A stretch of DNA of 64,000 bases from an uncultured Planctomycetia bacterium (GCA_964421015.1 CAYQUS010000004.1:53744-117743); one strand, 5' to 3'. Positions 8,923-19,359 are shown, numbered from the stretch's first letter. Made by a program: numbers and translations. The notes: generated by a model not told the origin, from the sequence alone.

Positions 8923-8951
8923 ATATTACAAGAGGGAAAAAGAACCTGCAA
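8923..8951 (-). promoter_or_regulatory. Candidate sigma-70 promoter for the aminotransferase gene
   Basis: Minus strand: TTGCAG, 17-nt spacer, TAATAT. Located about 130 nt upstream of the start. Confidence 0.3.
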
Positions 8952-8969
8952 ACACAAAAAAATAACGGA

Positions 8970-10394
8970 TTATTCTTTTAACACTTTTATCTGAAAAGGG
9001 TTATCAATTATCATTTCCGTCCCGGAAAGTGTTTTCTGGACCTTACCGAAAACCTCTACGGTTTTTCCATTATATCCATTTAAAGGATCGACGGCTTCAT
9101 CGTAAAAAAATCGCAAGTTCCTCGAAGGTATAATGATCCTCAGTTTTTCTTTCCCTTCGCCGAACATAAGACTTAGCCGTCCGGGAGATACTTCTGCCCC
9201 GGTTATCCTGTCCCTGATAAAACAATAAGAACCAGAGTAAGCAGAAGCTTCTTCGGCCTTGATTTTCGGGGCCCTCCCCCATATCCCTCTCCCGGAGGCA
9301 ACCGCTTTCTGCTGAGCCTGGTTCAAGGCCTTATAATATCTCACATTGGGAGGAAAAGTATATACGCTCGCCAACCCCTCCTCGATAAGTTTCAAATTTA
9401 CCATTTCCCCATCGGCGTAAACATAAGCCAGGTATCTGCCGTACTTATCCTTTATGTCCTGATCAAACTCAAGCGAAAGTTCTTTTCCCCTTACAAGCTC
9501 CTCATTTCTTTCCTTGGCCTCCACGGCTAACATTTCGGGAGAAAAAACCCACTCCGACCCTTGTTTTAGACGCGTTTCAGGAGCATCTATCCCCGTATAT
9601 CTGATCCTCTCTCCGGAGAAAAGTTCCACCGTATCACCGTCTATTACATATCGCGCCATCTGTTTTTTCCCCGAAAGCCGCTCGAATGAACCCTCGGCGC
9701 AACTTACAAGCGAAAAAAGGGTAAGAACGAGAAGAAGAAGCGCGCCTAACCTGCCGGATATCTTACGGCCTTTGGCAAAAAGACATTTCCCGCTGACAGG
9801 GCATTCCCCGCAAAGAGGCCTTATAGCGCGGCACACTTTCCTGCCATGCGATATTAGCACATTAGTGAGGTCCCCCCATTTGTCCCTGTCGAAAATTTTC
9901 ATAAGATCTTTCTCTACCCTGACAGGATCCGCGTTCCCGGTAAACCCTATCCTGCCGGAAACCCTCTTGACATGCGTATCGACTGCTATGCCTTCTATCT
10001 TACCGAATCCGTGATAAAGCACTATGTTGGCCGTTTTTCTGGCCACCCCGGGAAGGCTTACGAGTTCTTTCATGGTACCGGGAACCTTACCTCCGAAACT
10101 TTTCTCTATTTTTCTGGCCGATCCTATTATGTAGCGTGCCTTGCTCCTGTAGAAACCCGTAGACTTTATTATCCTCTCAATATCTCGCTGGCCAGCCGCC
10201 GCGATTTTTTCTATAGTCGGGTATTTTTTAAAAAGTTCCGGAGTGACCATGTTGACCCTTTTGTCGGTGCACTGAGCCGATAGGATCGTCGCTATAAGAA
10301 GCTCGTGAGGTTTCTGGTACTCGAGCGCTGTCGTGGATCCGGGGTAGGCTTTAGAAAGAATGCCGTAGATCTCGGAGGCTATCTTCTTGTTCAT
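8970..10394 (-). CDS. nth: Endonuclease III (Nth, 4Fe-4S) fused in frame to a thermonuclease (SNase) domain and a C-terminal domain of unknown function, through a hydrophobic lipoprotein-signal-like segment
   Basis: Residues 1-210 are EndoIII with CX6CX2CX5C. Residues 215-232 (LGALLLLVLTLFSLVSC) are hydrophobic and lipobox-like. Residues 240-375 are SNase (YVIDGDTVEL...YTGIDAPE). Residues 376-474 are unassigned. No canonical internal start precedes the hydrophobic segment. Confidence 0.7.
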   Translation of the reverse strand: MNKKIASEIYGILSKAYPGSTTALEYQKPHELLIATILSAQCTDKRVNMVTPELFKKYPTIEKIAAAGQRDIERIIKSTGFYRSKARYIIGSARKIEKSFGGKVPGTMKELVSLPGVARKTANIVLYHGFGKIEGIAVDTHVKRVSGRIGFTGNADPVRVEKDLMKIFDRDKWGDLTNVLISHGRKVCRAIRPLCGECPVSGKCLFAKGRKISGRLGALLLLVLTLFSLVSCAEGSFERLSGKKQMARYVIDGDTVELFSGERIRYTGIDAPETRLKQGSEWVFSPEMLAVEAKERNEELVRGKELSLEFDQDIKDKYGRYLAYVYADGEMVNLKLIEEGLASVYTFPPNVRYYKALNQAQQKAVASGRGIWGRAPKIKAEEASAYSGSYCFIRDRITGAEVSPGRLSLMFGEGKEKLRIIIPSRNLRFFYDEAVDPLNGYNGKTVEVFGKVQKTLSGTEMIIDNPFQIKVLKE

Positions 10395-10395
10395 T

Positions 10396-12177
10396 CTAGC
10401 TCCGCCTGAAACGTTTTTCCAGCTCTTTCAAGGAAATTTCAATTGTGGTGGGACGGCCATGAGGACAAGTGAACGGAAGCTCGCAACTTTCTAGCTGCGT
10501 TAACAGATCGCTCATTTCCTGGCAACTCATCATGTCGCCGGCTTTCACGGCCGACCGGCAGGAGACAAGCTTCACAAGCTCTTCCATACATTCCATCTCC
10601 CCGGACCCTGTATGCGCAAGATCGGATATGACATCTTTTACCGCTGTTTCAAGCTGGTCCGGCTTTATCGCGGCGGGAACCGATCTTATCACAAAGGATT
10701 TTTCGCCGAACGCGTCAATTTCAAATCCCAGCCGGGAAAGCCCCGGAACTATCTGTCGCATCACGGCGGACTCCGACGGCGAGAGATCTATCCTCAAAGG
10801 GAAAAGAAGGGTCTGCTTCTCCAGAGAACTCCCGTTCAGAGTCTTTGAAAAAAGCTCGTACAGCACACGCTCGTGGGCCGCATGCTGATCCGTGATCATT
10901 AGCTCTTCGCGGGTGACCCTGACGATGTATGAAAGCCCTAACTGGAACAATCTTAAATGGCCATTCCCTTGAGAGTGAAAAACTTCCGCGACAGCGCCCC
11001 ACGAACCAACGCTCCCGAGCCCCCCCGTCCTTGCGGAATTCACCCCATAATCAAACTCCGCCTGCTCTTGCGGTGAGCTCAAGATCTGCTCTCCCGCGAT
11101 ACTTTCCGACAAAACATCACTTTCTTTTTTAATGGCTGCGGGATAGGCGGAACTCTCTCCCGAAAAGACCTTTATATCCGCATTTTTCAGGTCTTCAAAA
11201 CTTTTTTTCACAGCCCGGGAGATAAGCCCTTTTACCTCGTTCTCGTTCTCAAACTTTATTTCTGTCTTTGAGGGATGTACGTTAACATCTATTCGGCCGG
11301 GATCGATCGTTATGAAAAGCAAGCCCCACGGATATCTTCCCCTCTCAAGCAGACTCCGGTAGGACGAATAAACGGCGTCGCCGAGAACTCTGCTGCGGAC
11401 AGACCTGCCATTTACAAAGAAAAACTGACCTCTTTTGTCTTTTTTGGTGAATGACGGCACGCTCACAAAACCTTCTACGACGATACCCTCTTCCGAAAGA
11501 GAGATCGGTGTCATCGCCTTTGGCACGTCCTCACCCATTATCATCCCCACGCGAGAAAGCGTATCAAGCCCTTTTGGGGCCTCTATCAAGGTTCTCCCTC
11601 CATGTATAAGCCTGAAGCTTATATCGGGCCTGGAAAGCACAAAATCCGAAAAAACATCTATTATTCCTGAGACCTCCGTGGATTCTCTCTTCATGAACTT
11701 CTTTCTGGCCGGAACGTTGTAAAAAAGGTTTCTTACCTCTATGGTAGTGCCTCTGTCCCTGGCGGCGGGCCGCTCTCTCTGCACTACCCCGCTCTCAACA
11801 TACATGTATATACCCGCGGGGTCCTCCGCCCGTTTAGTTACGATATCTATCTGCGAAACGGCTGCTATGCTCGCCAGGGCCTCACCCCTAAAACCCAGTG
11901 TTGTTATGTTCCCCAGATCTGTAATTCCGCGTATCTTGCTCGTGGCGTGGCGCTTGAATGCCATGCCGACATCCTCTTTGCCCATACCTGAACCGTTGTC
12001 CGCAACGCGTATGAGATTATGGCCTGACCGGTCTATTTCCACCTCCACGCTGTCAGCCCCCGCATCTATAGAGTTCTCAATAAGTTCCTTAACGGCTGAA
12101 GCCGGGCGTTCCACCACTTCCCCTGCGGCTATTTTGCCTATAGTGTCCTCATCAAGCATTATTATGCGAGCGCTCAT
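10396..12177 (-). CDS. mutL: DNA mismatch repair protein MutL
   Basis: GHKL ATPase N-terminus (KELIENSIDAGA) and C-terminal dimerisation/endonuclease region. 593 aa. Confidence 0.9.
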   Translation of the reverse strand: MSARIIMLDEDTIGKIAAGEVVERPASAVKELIENSIDAGADSVEVEIDRSGHNLIRVADNGSGMGKEDVGMAFKRHATSKIRGITDLGNITTLGFRGEALASIAAVSQIDIVTKRAEDPAGIYMYVESGVVQRERPAARDRGTTIEVRNLFYNVPARKKFMKRESTEVSGIIDVFSDFVLSRPDISFRLIHGGRTLIEAPKGLDTLSRVGMIMGEDVPKAMTPISLSEEGIVVEGFVSVPSFTKKDKRGQFFFVNGRSVRSRVLGDAVYSSYRSLLERGRYPWGLLFITIDPGRIDVNVHPSKTEIKFENENEVKGLISRAVKKSFEDLKNADIKVFSGESSAYPAAIKKESDVLSESIAGEQILSSPQEQAEFDYGVNSARTGGLGSVGSWGAVAEVFHSQGNGHLRLFQLGLSYIVRVTREELMITDQHAAHERVLYELFSKTLNGSSLEKQTLLFPLRIDLSPSESAVMRQIVPGLSRLGFEIDAFGEKSFVIRSVPAAIKPDQLETAVKDVISDLAHTGSGEMECMEELVKLVSCRSAVKAGDMMSCQEMSDLLTQLESCELPFTCPHGRPTTIEISLKELEKRFRRS

Positions 12178-14822
12178 TTTTTATCCCCGGTAATTTTTTG
12201 TGCCGTTGCTCCAGATGAAAGCTCTTTTTTTATTTCCGCTATGGCCTGTAAGGCCTCCATCGGTGTCATCCTGTCCGTATCCATATCCATTATCCTCTCC
12301 GCGATACCCGAGGACAAGGACTTTTCCCCAAAAAAATCCAGCTGTTTTTCCGATCCGGGAATTTTTTCTATGAATCTTGACCTTACATTCCCGGCAAAGG
12401 AGTCTCTATGCAGATTTGCCAGTATTTCCCTTGCCCTTTTTACCACCGCCTCAGGCAGACCCGCCAGCTTGGCTACATGTATACCAAAACTTTCGTCGCA
12501 ACTGCCTTTCTGAACCTTATAGAGGAAAATTATCTGATCCTCCCATTCCTGGACGGCCAGATGATAATTTACCACTCCTCTCATTACCTCTGAAAGCTCC
12601 GTAAGCTCATGGTAATGGGTCGCGAACATGGCCTTGGCGCCTTTAAGTTCGCCGTGTATGTATTCAACCACGGCCCACGCTATCGAAACTCCGTCAAAAG
12701 TACTGGTACCACGGCCAACCTCGTCCAGCACTATAAGGCTTCTCTCTGTGGCACTATTAAGAATATTGGCGGTCTCTATCATTTCTACCATAAAAGTGCT
12801 CATTCCCTGGTAAAGCCTGTCCGAAGCGCCTACCCGGGTAAATATCCGGTCAACTATCCCGATTTCAGCCGACGACGCCGGGACAAAGCTTCCCATCTGG
12901 GCCATTATGGTTATAAGAGCCACTTGTCTTATAAAAGTGGATTTCCCGGCCATATTGGATCCGGTTATTATGAAGACTCTCTCCTCGTCCGTATCCATAA
13001 AACAGTCATTACTGACAAACTCCTTACCCTTGAGTATCCTCTCGAGAACAGGGTGTCTCCCTTCTTTTATCGACATAACCCCGGAAGAGGTAACTTTCGG
13101 GCGAACGTACCTGTTGTTGAACGCCGTCTCGGCCAGCGCCGCGATAACATCTATCTTTGACGCGGATTCCGAGGCCTGCCTCACATTTTCTATACCCCCT
13201 GCCACTCTTTCTCTGAGCCGCACAAATATCTCATATTCAAGGTTCTTTATCCGCTCTTCGGCCCCGAGTATCCTATCCTCCTGTTCCTTGAGCCCTTGAG
13301 TGACAAAACGCTCCGCGTTGGCCAAAGTCTGTTTCCTTATGTAGTCAGCGGGAACGCTGGGAAGATTGGAATTGGTTATCTCTATATAGTACCCGAAAAC
13401 CCTGTTATATCCCACTTTAAGGGAATTTATACCGGTTCTCTTGGCCTCGTTAACCTGAAAGTCCACAAGCCAATCCCGCCCGGAACTCACAAGCTTCCTG
13501 AGCTCATCCACTCCCTGATCATACCCGTCCTTTATTATCCCCCCCTCTTTGAGTGCGGTCGAAGGATCCTCCCTCAGGCATGACCTTATATCAGCTATCA
13601 CTGAAAAAAAATCCTCCATACCCGAGGCCATATCAGCCAGGCTACCGGGAAATTTTTCCTTTGATAGTTTCACCATCATTCCGACTTTCTCAAGAGAATC
13701 GGCCAGCGACAGCATATCCCTTGGGTTTGCCGTGCCAAGCGCCACCTTGTTGGCGAGCCGCTCTATGTCATACATCCCGTCAAGGATCTCGCGCGTATCT
13801 ACCCTGACCTGATTATTATCGTGAAAAAACTCCACAGCATCGAGCCTCTCGGATATTTTCACGGTATCAAGCAGGGGATTCAGAAGCCATCTTTTCAGCT
13901 CCCGTTTCCCCATAGGGGTCTTCGTCTTGTCCAACACTTCGTAAAGTGTTCCCGAGGAAGTAAGGTCCTCCTGATTCTCCACCAGCTCCAGATGGCGATG
14001 CGATACCCTGTCCAATGTCATATACTCCGTAACATTGTAAACCCGCATCGACCTGACATTGCCAAGCGAGTTCTTCTGAGTGTCTTTAAGGTACCTTAAA
14101 AGCGCTCCAGCCGCACCGATCCCGGATCCCATCGCCGAACAGCCGAACGATTCAAGAGTTTTAACCTCAAACTGCCGTCTAAGTTCCTCCTCAGCTGTCA
14201 GAGAGTTAAAAGTCCAGTCTTCCCGGATAGTTATTGTCCCGAGGCCGGCCTCCCGTATCTCCTTCATTTCTGCAGAGTCTCTGAACGATTTAGGAATAAT
14301 GGTTTCAGCCGGACAGATCTTATAGATCTCAGGAAAAAGCCTCTCGGTACTGTCCACTTCTGTCAGCCTGAACTCCCCTGTGGAAATATCAGCATAGGCT
14401 ATACCGAACCCGCAGGAGTTAAAGTTAAGCGACATTATGTAGCTATTGGAGGCTTCAGTAGAAAACCCTTCCGCTATGAATGTTCCGGGAGTTACAATAC
14501 GCGCTATGCGACGCCCAAAAATCTTTTTCCCTTCCTCTGCGGCCTCTTCTATCTGCTCGCATACGGCTACTTTTTTCCCGCTTTTTATGAGCCTGGCTAT
14601 ATAGTTTTCTGCCGCATGATGCGGAACCCCACACATAGGCACCTTGACGCCCTTGTGCTGTCCCCTGGAAGTTAAAGTTATGTGCAGTATCCGGGAGGCC
14701 TCTACGGCATCCTCGAAAAACATCTCGTAAAAATCCCCAAGCCTGAAAAAGAGAATAGCCCCCTCACATTCCTTCTTTATCTCAAGATACTGGCGCATCA
14801 TGGGAGTGAGGTTATCGCTCAT
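12174..14822 (-). CDS. mutS: DNA mismatch repair protein MutS
   Basis: 882 aa with Walker A GSNMAGKST and the characteristic MutS domains. Confidence 0.9.
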   Translation of the reverse strand: MSDNLTPMMRQYLEIKKECEGAILFFRLGDFYEMFFEDAVEASRILHITLTSRGQHKGVKVPMCGVPHHAAENYIARLIKSGKKVAVCEQIEEAAEEGKKIFGRRIARIVTPGTFIAEGFSTEASNSYIMSLNFNSCGFGIAYADISTGEFRLTEVDSTERLFPEIYKICPAETIIPKSFRDSAEMKEIREAGLGTITIREDWTFNSLTAEEELRRQFEVKTLESFGCSAMGSGIGAAGALLRYLKDTQKNSLGNVRSMRVYNVTEYMTLDRVSHRHLELVENQEDLTSSGTLYEVLDKTKTPMGKRELKRWLLNPLLDTVKISERLDAVEFFHDNNQVRVDTREILDGMYDIERLANKVALGTANPRDMLSLADSLEKVGMMVKLSKEKFPGSLADMASGMEDFFSVIADIRSCLREDPSTALKEGGIIKDGYDQGVDELRKLVSSGRDWLVDFQVNEAKRTGINSLKVGYNRVFGYYIEITNSNLPSVPADYIRKQTLANAERFVTQGLKEQEDRILGAEERIKNLEYEIFVRLRERVAGGIENVRQASESASKIDVIAALAETAFNNRYVRPKVTSSGVMSIKEGRHPVLERILKGKEFVSNDCFMDTDEERVFIITGSNMAGKSTFIRQVALITIMAQMGSFVPASSAEIGIVDRIFTRVGASDRLYQGMSTFMVEMIETANILNSATERSLIVLDEVGRGTSTFDGVSIAWAVVEYIHGELKGAKAMFATHYHELTELSEVMRGVVNYHLAVQEWEDQIIFLYKVQKGSCDESFGIHVAKLAGLPEAVVKRAREILANLHRDSFAGNVRSRFIEKIPGSEKQLDFFGEKSLSSGIAERIMDMDTDRMTPMEALQAIAEIKKELSSGATAQKITGDKK

Positions 14823-14894
14823 TTTTCTATTTTCCTTTTTCGTTCATAAAACATGCAGACAGAACCAAATGAGACTACCTTATTAATGCCTCTC

Positions 14895-14963
14895 AAAACT
14901 AAAAACACAAAGGCCCAAAGCTCCACGGACGGACACCCTCTCCGCCTTTAGTAGCTCTGGGCC
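14895..14963 (-). terminator. Probable intrinsic terminator after rplQ (end of the alpha operon)
   Basis: Minus strand: GGCCCAGAGC...GCTTTGGGCC stem (one mismatch, long loop), followed by TTTGTGTTTTTAGTTTT. Confidence 0.4.
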
Positions 14964-14988
14964 CCTAAAGAACACATGTACAAAGCTT

Positions 14989-15600
14989 TTACCCCATCGA
15001 TTTGCGCTGAAACCTCTTGAAAAGACCCCTTTTTGCTACCTTCTGCTGCTCTGTTTTGGCCTTTTCTTTCTTTACGTCCTCAACAAGGCGCTTCTCTTTT
15101 TCCTCTTCTTCTATTTCAGGAGCCACATGCTTGGCTTCCTTAAGCGGCTGCTCTTTTTTATCCTTAGCTGTTTTTCCCTTTTTGGTCTTTTCCTTCTCTT
15201 TCTTAGCTTTTATTCCGAGAAGCTTATCATCGGATATCGTTCTTTTGGTAAACTCTATGATCGCAAGCTGAGCTCCGTCTCCCTTCCTGTTCCCGCACGC
15301 CATGACTCGAGTATAGCCACCCGGGACACCGTTAAAAAGAGGCGCAATATCCGTAAAAAGGCACTTTACCATGTCTTTATCACACAGTTCCTGAAAGGCT
15401 CTGCGTCTAGCCGTAACCGATTCAGGATCTTTCTTGGCCATTGTTATAAGAGGCTCCACGAACCTTTGCAGAGCTTTCGCTTTGGCAAAAGTTGTCTCTA
15501 TCCTCTGGTATTCCAAAAGATCGTTGGCCATGCTCTTAAGCGTAGCCTTTCTCCAGCTTGTTCTTCTGCTGAGTCTTCCTTTATTTTTACGATGCCTCAT
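14989..15600 (-). CDS. rplQ: 50S ribosomal protein L17 with a long lysine/glutamate-rich C-terminal extension
   Basis: N-terminal about 120 aa is canonical L17. It is followed by an about 80-aa KEKEK-rich tail. Confidence 0.85.
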   Translation of the reverse strand: MRHRKNKGRLSRRTSWRKATLKSMANDLLEYQRIETTFAKAKALQRFVEPLITMAKKDPESVTARRRAFQELCDKDMVKCLFTDIAPLFNGVPGGYTRVMACGNRKGDGAQLAIIEFTKRTISDDKLLGIKAKKEKEKTKKGKTAKDKKEQPLKEAKHVAPEIEEEEKEKRLVEDVKKEKAKTEQQKVAKRGLFKRFQRKSMG

Positions 15601-15627
15601 TTTTCCCTTCCCTGTTTAAAAGCTATA

Positions 15628-16605
15628 TTATTCCTCTTCGCCTATTTCCATACCAAGATGCATCCCCATGCTCTCCAGTACAGCATTTATCTCGTTCAAA
15701 GACTTCTTTCCGAAATTCTTGTATTTAAGCATCTCTGTCTCTTTCTTGGAAACAAGATCTCCGATAGTCCTTATGTTAGCCTCTGCCAGGCAGTTCGAGC
15801 TCCTTACAGAAAGTTCCAGCTCAGATATAGGCTTAGAAAGTTTTTTAACAAGATCCTTCCTGTCCCTGACGTCCCCGTCTTCCTCCTCTACGTCCTCAGG
15901 AAGTTTACCGATAGTCAGGAATACATCAAGATGCCTTTGCAGTATGTTGGCCGCGTAAAGCACCGTGTCCTTAGGCTCCATGCTGCCGTTGGTGAACACC
16001 TCAAGGATAAGCTTATCATAGTCGGTAATGTGTCCAACCCTGGTATTCTCAACTTCCACATTGACCCTTTTTACAGGAGAAAAAAGAGAATCTATAGCTA
16101 TTGCCCCTATCGGATCATCCTCCGACTTGTTCTTGTCCGCGGGAACATATCCCCTGCCTCTTTCCACCGTCATCTCGATCTCAAGCTTTACGTCTTCCGT
16201 GAGAGTGGCTATGTGGTGCTCCGGATTTATTATCTCCACTGTCTCATCTGTGGTTATGTCCTTCGCCTTAACCTCGCCCTTTTTACTGACGTTCAGGAAC
16301 ATAGGTTTCGGGGTCTTAAAATGAGACCTCAACACAAGACCCTTTATGTTCATTACGATCTCGGTAACATCCTCATATACTCCGGGAATAGTAGCGAACT
16401 CGTGGAGCACCCCGTTGATCTTTATCTTGGTCACCGCCGTACCCTCTATTGAGGAGAGGAGTATCCTTCTTAAAGAGTTCCCTACGGTCACTCCATACCC
16501 CTTTTCAAAAGGCTCCGCAAGTATCTTTCCATAGGTGGGAGTATATGTCGACTCGTCGAACGCTATCCTTTTAGGCAGCTCAAAGTTCTTCAGTTTTATT
16601 CCCAT
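15628..16605 (-). CDS. rpoA: DNA-directed RNA polymerase alpha subunit
   Basis: 325 aa, alpha NTD and CTD. Confidence 0.9.
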   Translation of the reverse strand: MGIKLKNFELPKRIAFDESTYTPTYGKILAEPFEKGYGVTVGNSLRRILLSSIEGTAVTKIKINGVLHEFATIPGVYEDVTEIVMNIKGLVLRSHFKTPKPMFLNVSKKGEVKAKDITTDETVEIINPEHHIATLTEDVKLEIEMTVERGRGYVPADKNKSEDDPIGAIAIDSLFSPVKRVNVEVENTRVGHITDYDKLILEVFTNGSMEPKDTVLYAANILQRHLDVFLTIGKLPEDVEEEDGDVRDRKDLVKKLSKPISELELSVRSSNCLAEANIRTIGDLVSKKETEMLKYKNFGKKSLNEINAVLESMGMHLGMEIGEEE

Positions 16606-16683
16606 TCCAAAATCCTCCTCGTATTATCTCCGCCTCAAGCTAATGAGGCTTTTTTTATTCCCAGTGACAGTCTTCCCCCGCCA

Positions 16684-17313
16684 TTACTTCGAGTATAACT
16701 CAACTATAAGGTTTTCCTGTATACCCTTGCCGGAATCACTCTTGGTAGGAAGCCGTTTTATTTTTATCGCAAGTTTCTCCCCCGAAACCTCAAGCCACTC
16801 GGGAACACCTTTCTCCGAGAGCTCCTTAAAAGTCTCTTTCAGGGCCTTCATCTGCGCCTCAGTGCCGTGAAGCGTTAACTCATCTCCGACAGACACCTGG
16901 TAAGAAGGTATATTCACCCTACGGCCGTTGACTTTGACGAACTTGTGCCCCACTACCTGGCGGGCTCCTGAAAGCGAAGGCGAAAAACACGACCTATAGA
17001 CCACGTTATCCAGCCTTCTTTCCAGAAGCTGCAGAAGAACTTCGCCCGTAGCTCCTTTGGACCTTTCAGCTTTAGCGAAATAATTCCTGAACTGTCTCTC
17101 CATCATGCCGTATATTCTCTTAGCCTTCTGCTTTTCTCTCAGCTGCAGAGCAAAGTTGGAAGGTTTACGCTTTCTCAACTGACCGTGCTGTCCCGGCCCG
17201 TATTCCCTCTTCTCCAACGCGCACTTGCTTGACGTGCATCGCGTACCTTTAAGAAAAAGTTTATCTCCCTCTGTTCTGCACAATCTGCATGAGGCTGTTA
17301 TTCTTCTCGCCAT
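16684..17313 (-). CDS. rpsD: 30S ribosomal protein S4
   Basis: Zinc-ribbon N-terminus (CRLCRTEG), S4 domain. Confidence 0.9.
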   Translation of the reverse strand: MARRITASCRLCRTEGDKLFLKGTRCTSSKCALEKREYGPGQHGQLRKRKPSNFALQLREKQKAKRIYGMMERQFRNYFAKAERSKGATGEVLLQLLERRLDNVVYRSCFSPSLSGARQVVGHKFVKVNGRRVNIPSYQVSVGDELTLHGTEAQMKALKETFKELSEKGVPEWLEVSGEKLAIKIKRLPTKSDSGKGIQENLIVELYSK

Positions 17314-17352
17314 CTATCTGCCGCTCCTTATTTATCCTCTTTTGATTTTTGA

Positions 17353-17745
17353 CTATACTCTTCTTCTCTTCCTGGGCCTGCATCCGTTATGCGGCGTCGG
17401 GGTAAGGTCTTTTATCATTTTTACATTAAGACCCTCGGACCTTATACTTCTTACGGCGCTCTCCTTACCCGATCCGGGCCCTCTAAGATACACGTCTACG
17501 TCCCTTATGCCATGGGTCTTTGCTTTCTTGACCGCGTCTTTCGCCGCTACAGTGGCCGCGAAAGGAGTGGATTTTCTCGACCCCTTATATCCTACGCTGC
17601 CCGGGGAACTCCAGCATAGAACCTTCCCGGCCTCATCCGTAACCGTAACTATCGTGTTATTGAAAGTGGCATGAACGTAAACACAACCCGTCGTTACTTT
17701 CCTGAACACTTTTTTCTTTTTTTTGGTGGCTTCTTTTTTCTGCAC
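17353..17745 (-). CDS. rpsK: 30S ribosomal protein S11
   Basis: 130 aa canonical S11. Confidence 0.9.
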   Translation of the reverse strand: MQKKEATKKKKKVFRKVTTGCVYVHATFNNTIVTVTDEAGKVLCWSSPGSVGYKGSRKSTPFAATVAAKDAVKKAKTHGIRDVDVYLRGPGSGKESAVRSIRSEGLNVKMIKDLTPTPHNGCRPRKRRRV

Positions 17746-17797
17746 TTTTAGTTTCTCCCGTTTTTATCGCATGCCTTTTACTGTTACAGCCAAAAGC

Positions 17798-18202
17798 CTA
17801 CTTTGCGGCCGGCTTTACAGCCGCCCTGGCGGCTTTGTCCTTAAACGCACCTATTGTCTTCTTAGGGCCCTTTCTCGTCCGGGCATTAGTCCTGGTTCTT
17901 TGCCCCCTGAGAGGCAGATTTTTCTTGTGCCTTAGACCTCTATATGTACCTATGCTCATCAGCCTTTTTATATTGCCGGTAACGATCCTGCGAAGGTCGC
18001 CCTCGACCTGAAACCTCTCCTGTATTATTTTGGTTATGGCGTTTATCTCCTGATCATCAAGATCCTTAGCTCTTTTATCGACCGATATCCCGGCCTCGGC
18101 CAATATTTCCTTGGATCTGGTCGGACCTATGCCGTAAATATATCGCAGAGCTACCTCGATCCGTTTTTCTTTCGGTATGTCTATTCCTATTATCCTTGGC
18201 AT
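17798..18202 (-). CDS. rpsM: 30S ribosomal protein S13
   Basis: 134 aa canonical S13. Confidence 0.9.
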   Translation of the reverse strand: MPRIIGIDIPKEKRIEVALRYIYGIGPTRSKEILAEAGISVDKRAKDLDDQEINAITKIIQERFQVEGDLRRIVTGNIKRLMSIGTYRGLRHKKNLPLRGQRTRTNARTRKGPKKTIGAFKDKAARAAVKPAAK

Positions 18203-18278
18203 CTTGGCTCCTTAAGATTTTACTTCTTCTTTCCCGTTTTATTACAAAAAATCCCGCTATCAGTACCGCCCGAAAAGA

Positions 18279-18392
18279 TCAGCCTTGTTTCTGTTTGTGT
18301 TTCGGCTCGGAACATATAACCCTGACGATACCGTTACGCCTGACTATTTTACACTTTGAACATATTTTTTTTACGCTTGGTCTGACTTTCAT
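18279..18392 (-). CDS. rpmJ: 50S ribosomal protein L36
   Basis: Hand-translated 37-aa [40 protein letters not shown] (zinc ribbon), between infA and rpsM. Below the ORF-track length cutoff. Confidence 0.85.
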   Translation of the reverse strand: MKVRPSVKKICSKCKIVRRNGIVRVICSEPKHKQKQG

Positions 18393-18394
18393 GA

Positions 18395-18616
18395 TTATTT
18401 CTCTCTTTTTGTTATTCTGCCACGTCCGAGATCGTAGGGGGACAACTCAACCGTCACCCTGTCACCCGGAACTATTCTGATATAATACATTCTCATCTTT
18501 CCTGAAACATGGGCAAGGACCATATGCCCGTTATCCAGTTTCACCCTGAACATAGCGTTAGGCAGATTTTCAACGATCTCGCCCTCAGTAACAACCGCGT
18601 CTTCTTTGGGGCTCAC
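18395..18616 (-). CDS. infA: Translation initiation factor IF-1
   Basis: 73 aa S1-like OB fold. Confidence 0.9.
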   Translation of the reverse strand: MSPKEDAVVTEGEIVENLPNAMFRVKLDNGHMVLAHVSGKMRMYYIRIVPGDRVTVELSPYDLGRGRITKREK

Positions 18617-19359
18617 GACGTCACCACCTCCACATTGCTCTTCCCTACTATCACCGTATTCTCAAAATGCGCTGAAAGCTTTCTGTCAGCCGTAACTGCC
18701 GTCCATCCGTCAGGCATTATTTCTACTTCTCGTGTTCCCTCATTGAACATGGGCTCTATTGCCAGGACCAGACCTTCTTCCAAAACCTTCCCCCGTCCCT
18801 TGACCCCCCAGTTCGGTACCTCGGGAAGCTCATGCAGATTACGCCCGGTACCATGCCCCACAAATGCTCTAACTTCCTTAAATCCCGAGCTCTGAGCCAC
18901 TTTCTGTATCGCTATGGATATATCTGAGACCCTGTTACCTGATACCGCATTCCTCGTACCTTCTTCAAGGCTTTTTCTCGTTGCCTCTACCAGCATGGAA
19001 GCTTTTTCGGAGATCTCTCCTACCGGAAAAGTCCGCGCGGCATCGGCATAGAAACCGTTAAGCTTTACGCCTACATCCACCCCAAGTATATCCCCCTCGC
19101 GGAGAATAACTTTTTCAGAAGGGATCCCGTGAACAACCACTTCGTTCCTTGAAGCACAAATAGTCGCAGGGTATCCCTTATAGCCCTTAAAAGCCGGTTC
19201 GGCCCCATTATCCCTTATCAACTCTTCGATCTTGGTGTCTATTGATAAAGTCGACACCCCGGGCCTAACCAGTTTTCCGGCAAGTAACAAGGCTTCCGCC
19301 ACCAATCTACCGGCGGCCCTCAGCCGTTCATATTCCTCTTCATTTCGAAGAATCGTCAC
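18613..19359 (-). CDS. map: Methionine aminopeptidase type I
   Basis: 248 aa pita-bread fold with metal ligands. Confidence 0.9.
   Translation of the reverse strand: MTILRNEEEYERLRAAGRLVAEALLLAGKLVRPGVSTLSIDTKIEELIRDNGAEPAFKGYKGYPATICASRNEVVVHGIPSEKVILREGDILGVDVGVKLNGFYADAARTFPVGEISEKASMLVEATRKSLEEGTRNAVSGNRVSDISIAIQKVAQSSGFKEVRAFVGHGTGRNLHELPEVPNWGVKGRGKVLEEGLVLAIEPMFNEGTREVEIMPDGWTAVTADRKLSAHFENTVIVGKSNVEVVTS

Noticed and set aside
15127-16452. 441-aa plus-strand ORF antisense to rplQ/rpoA
   Set aside because: It overlaps two well-supported essential genes on the other strand and has low-complexity composition. It is spurious.
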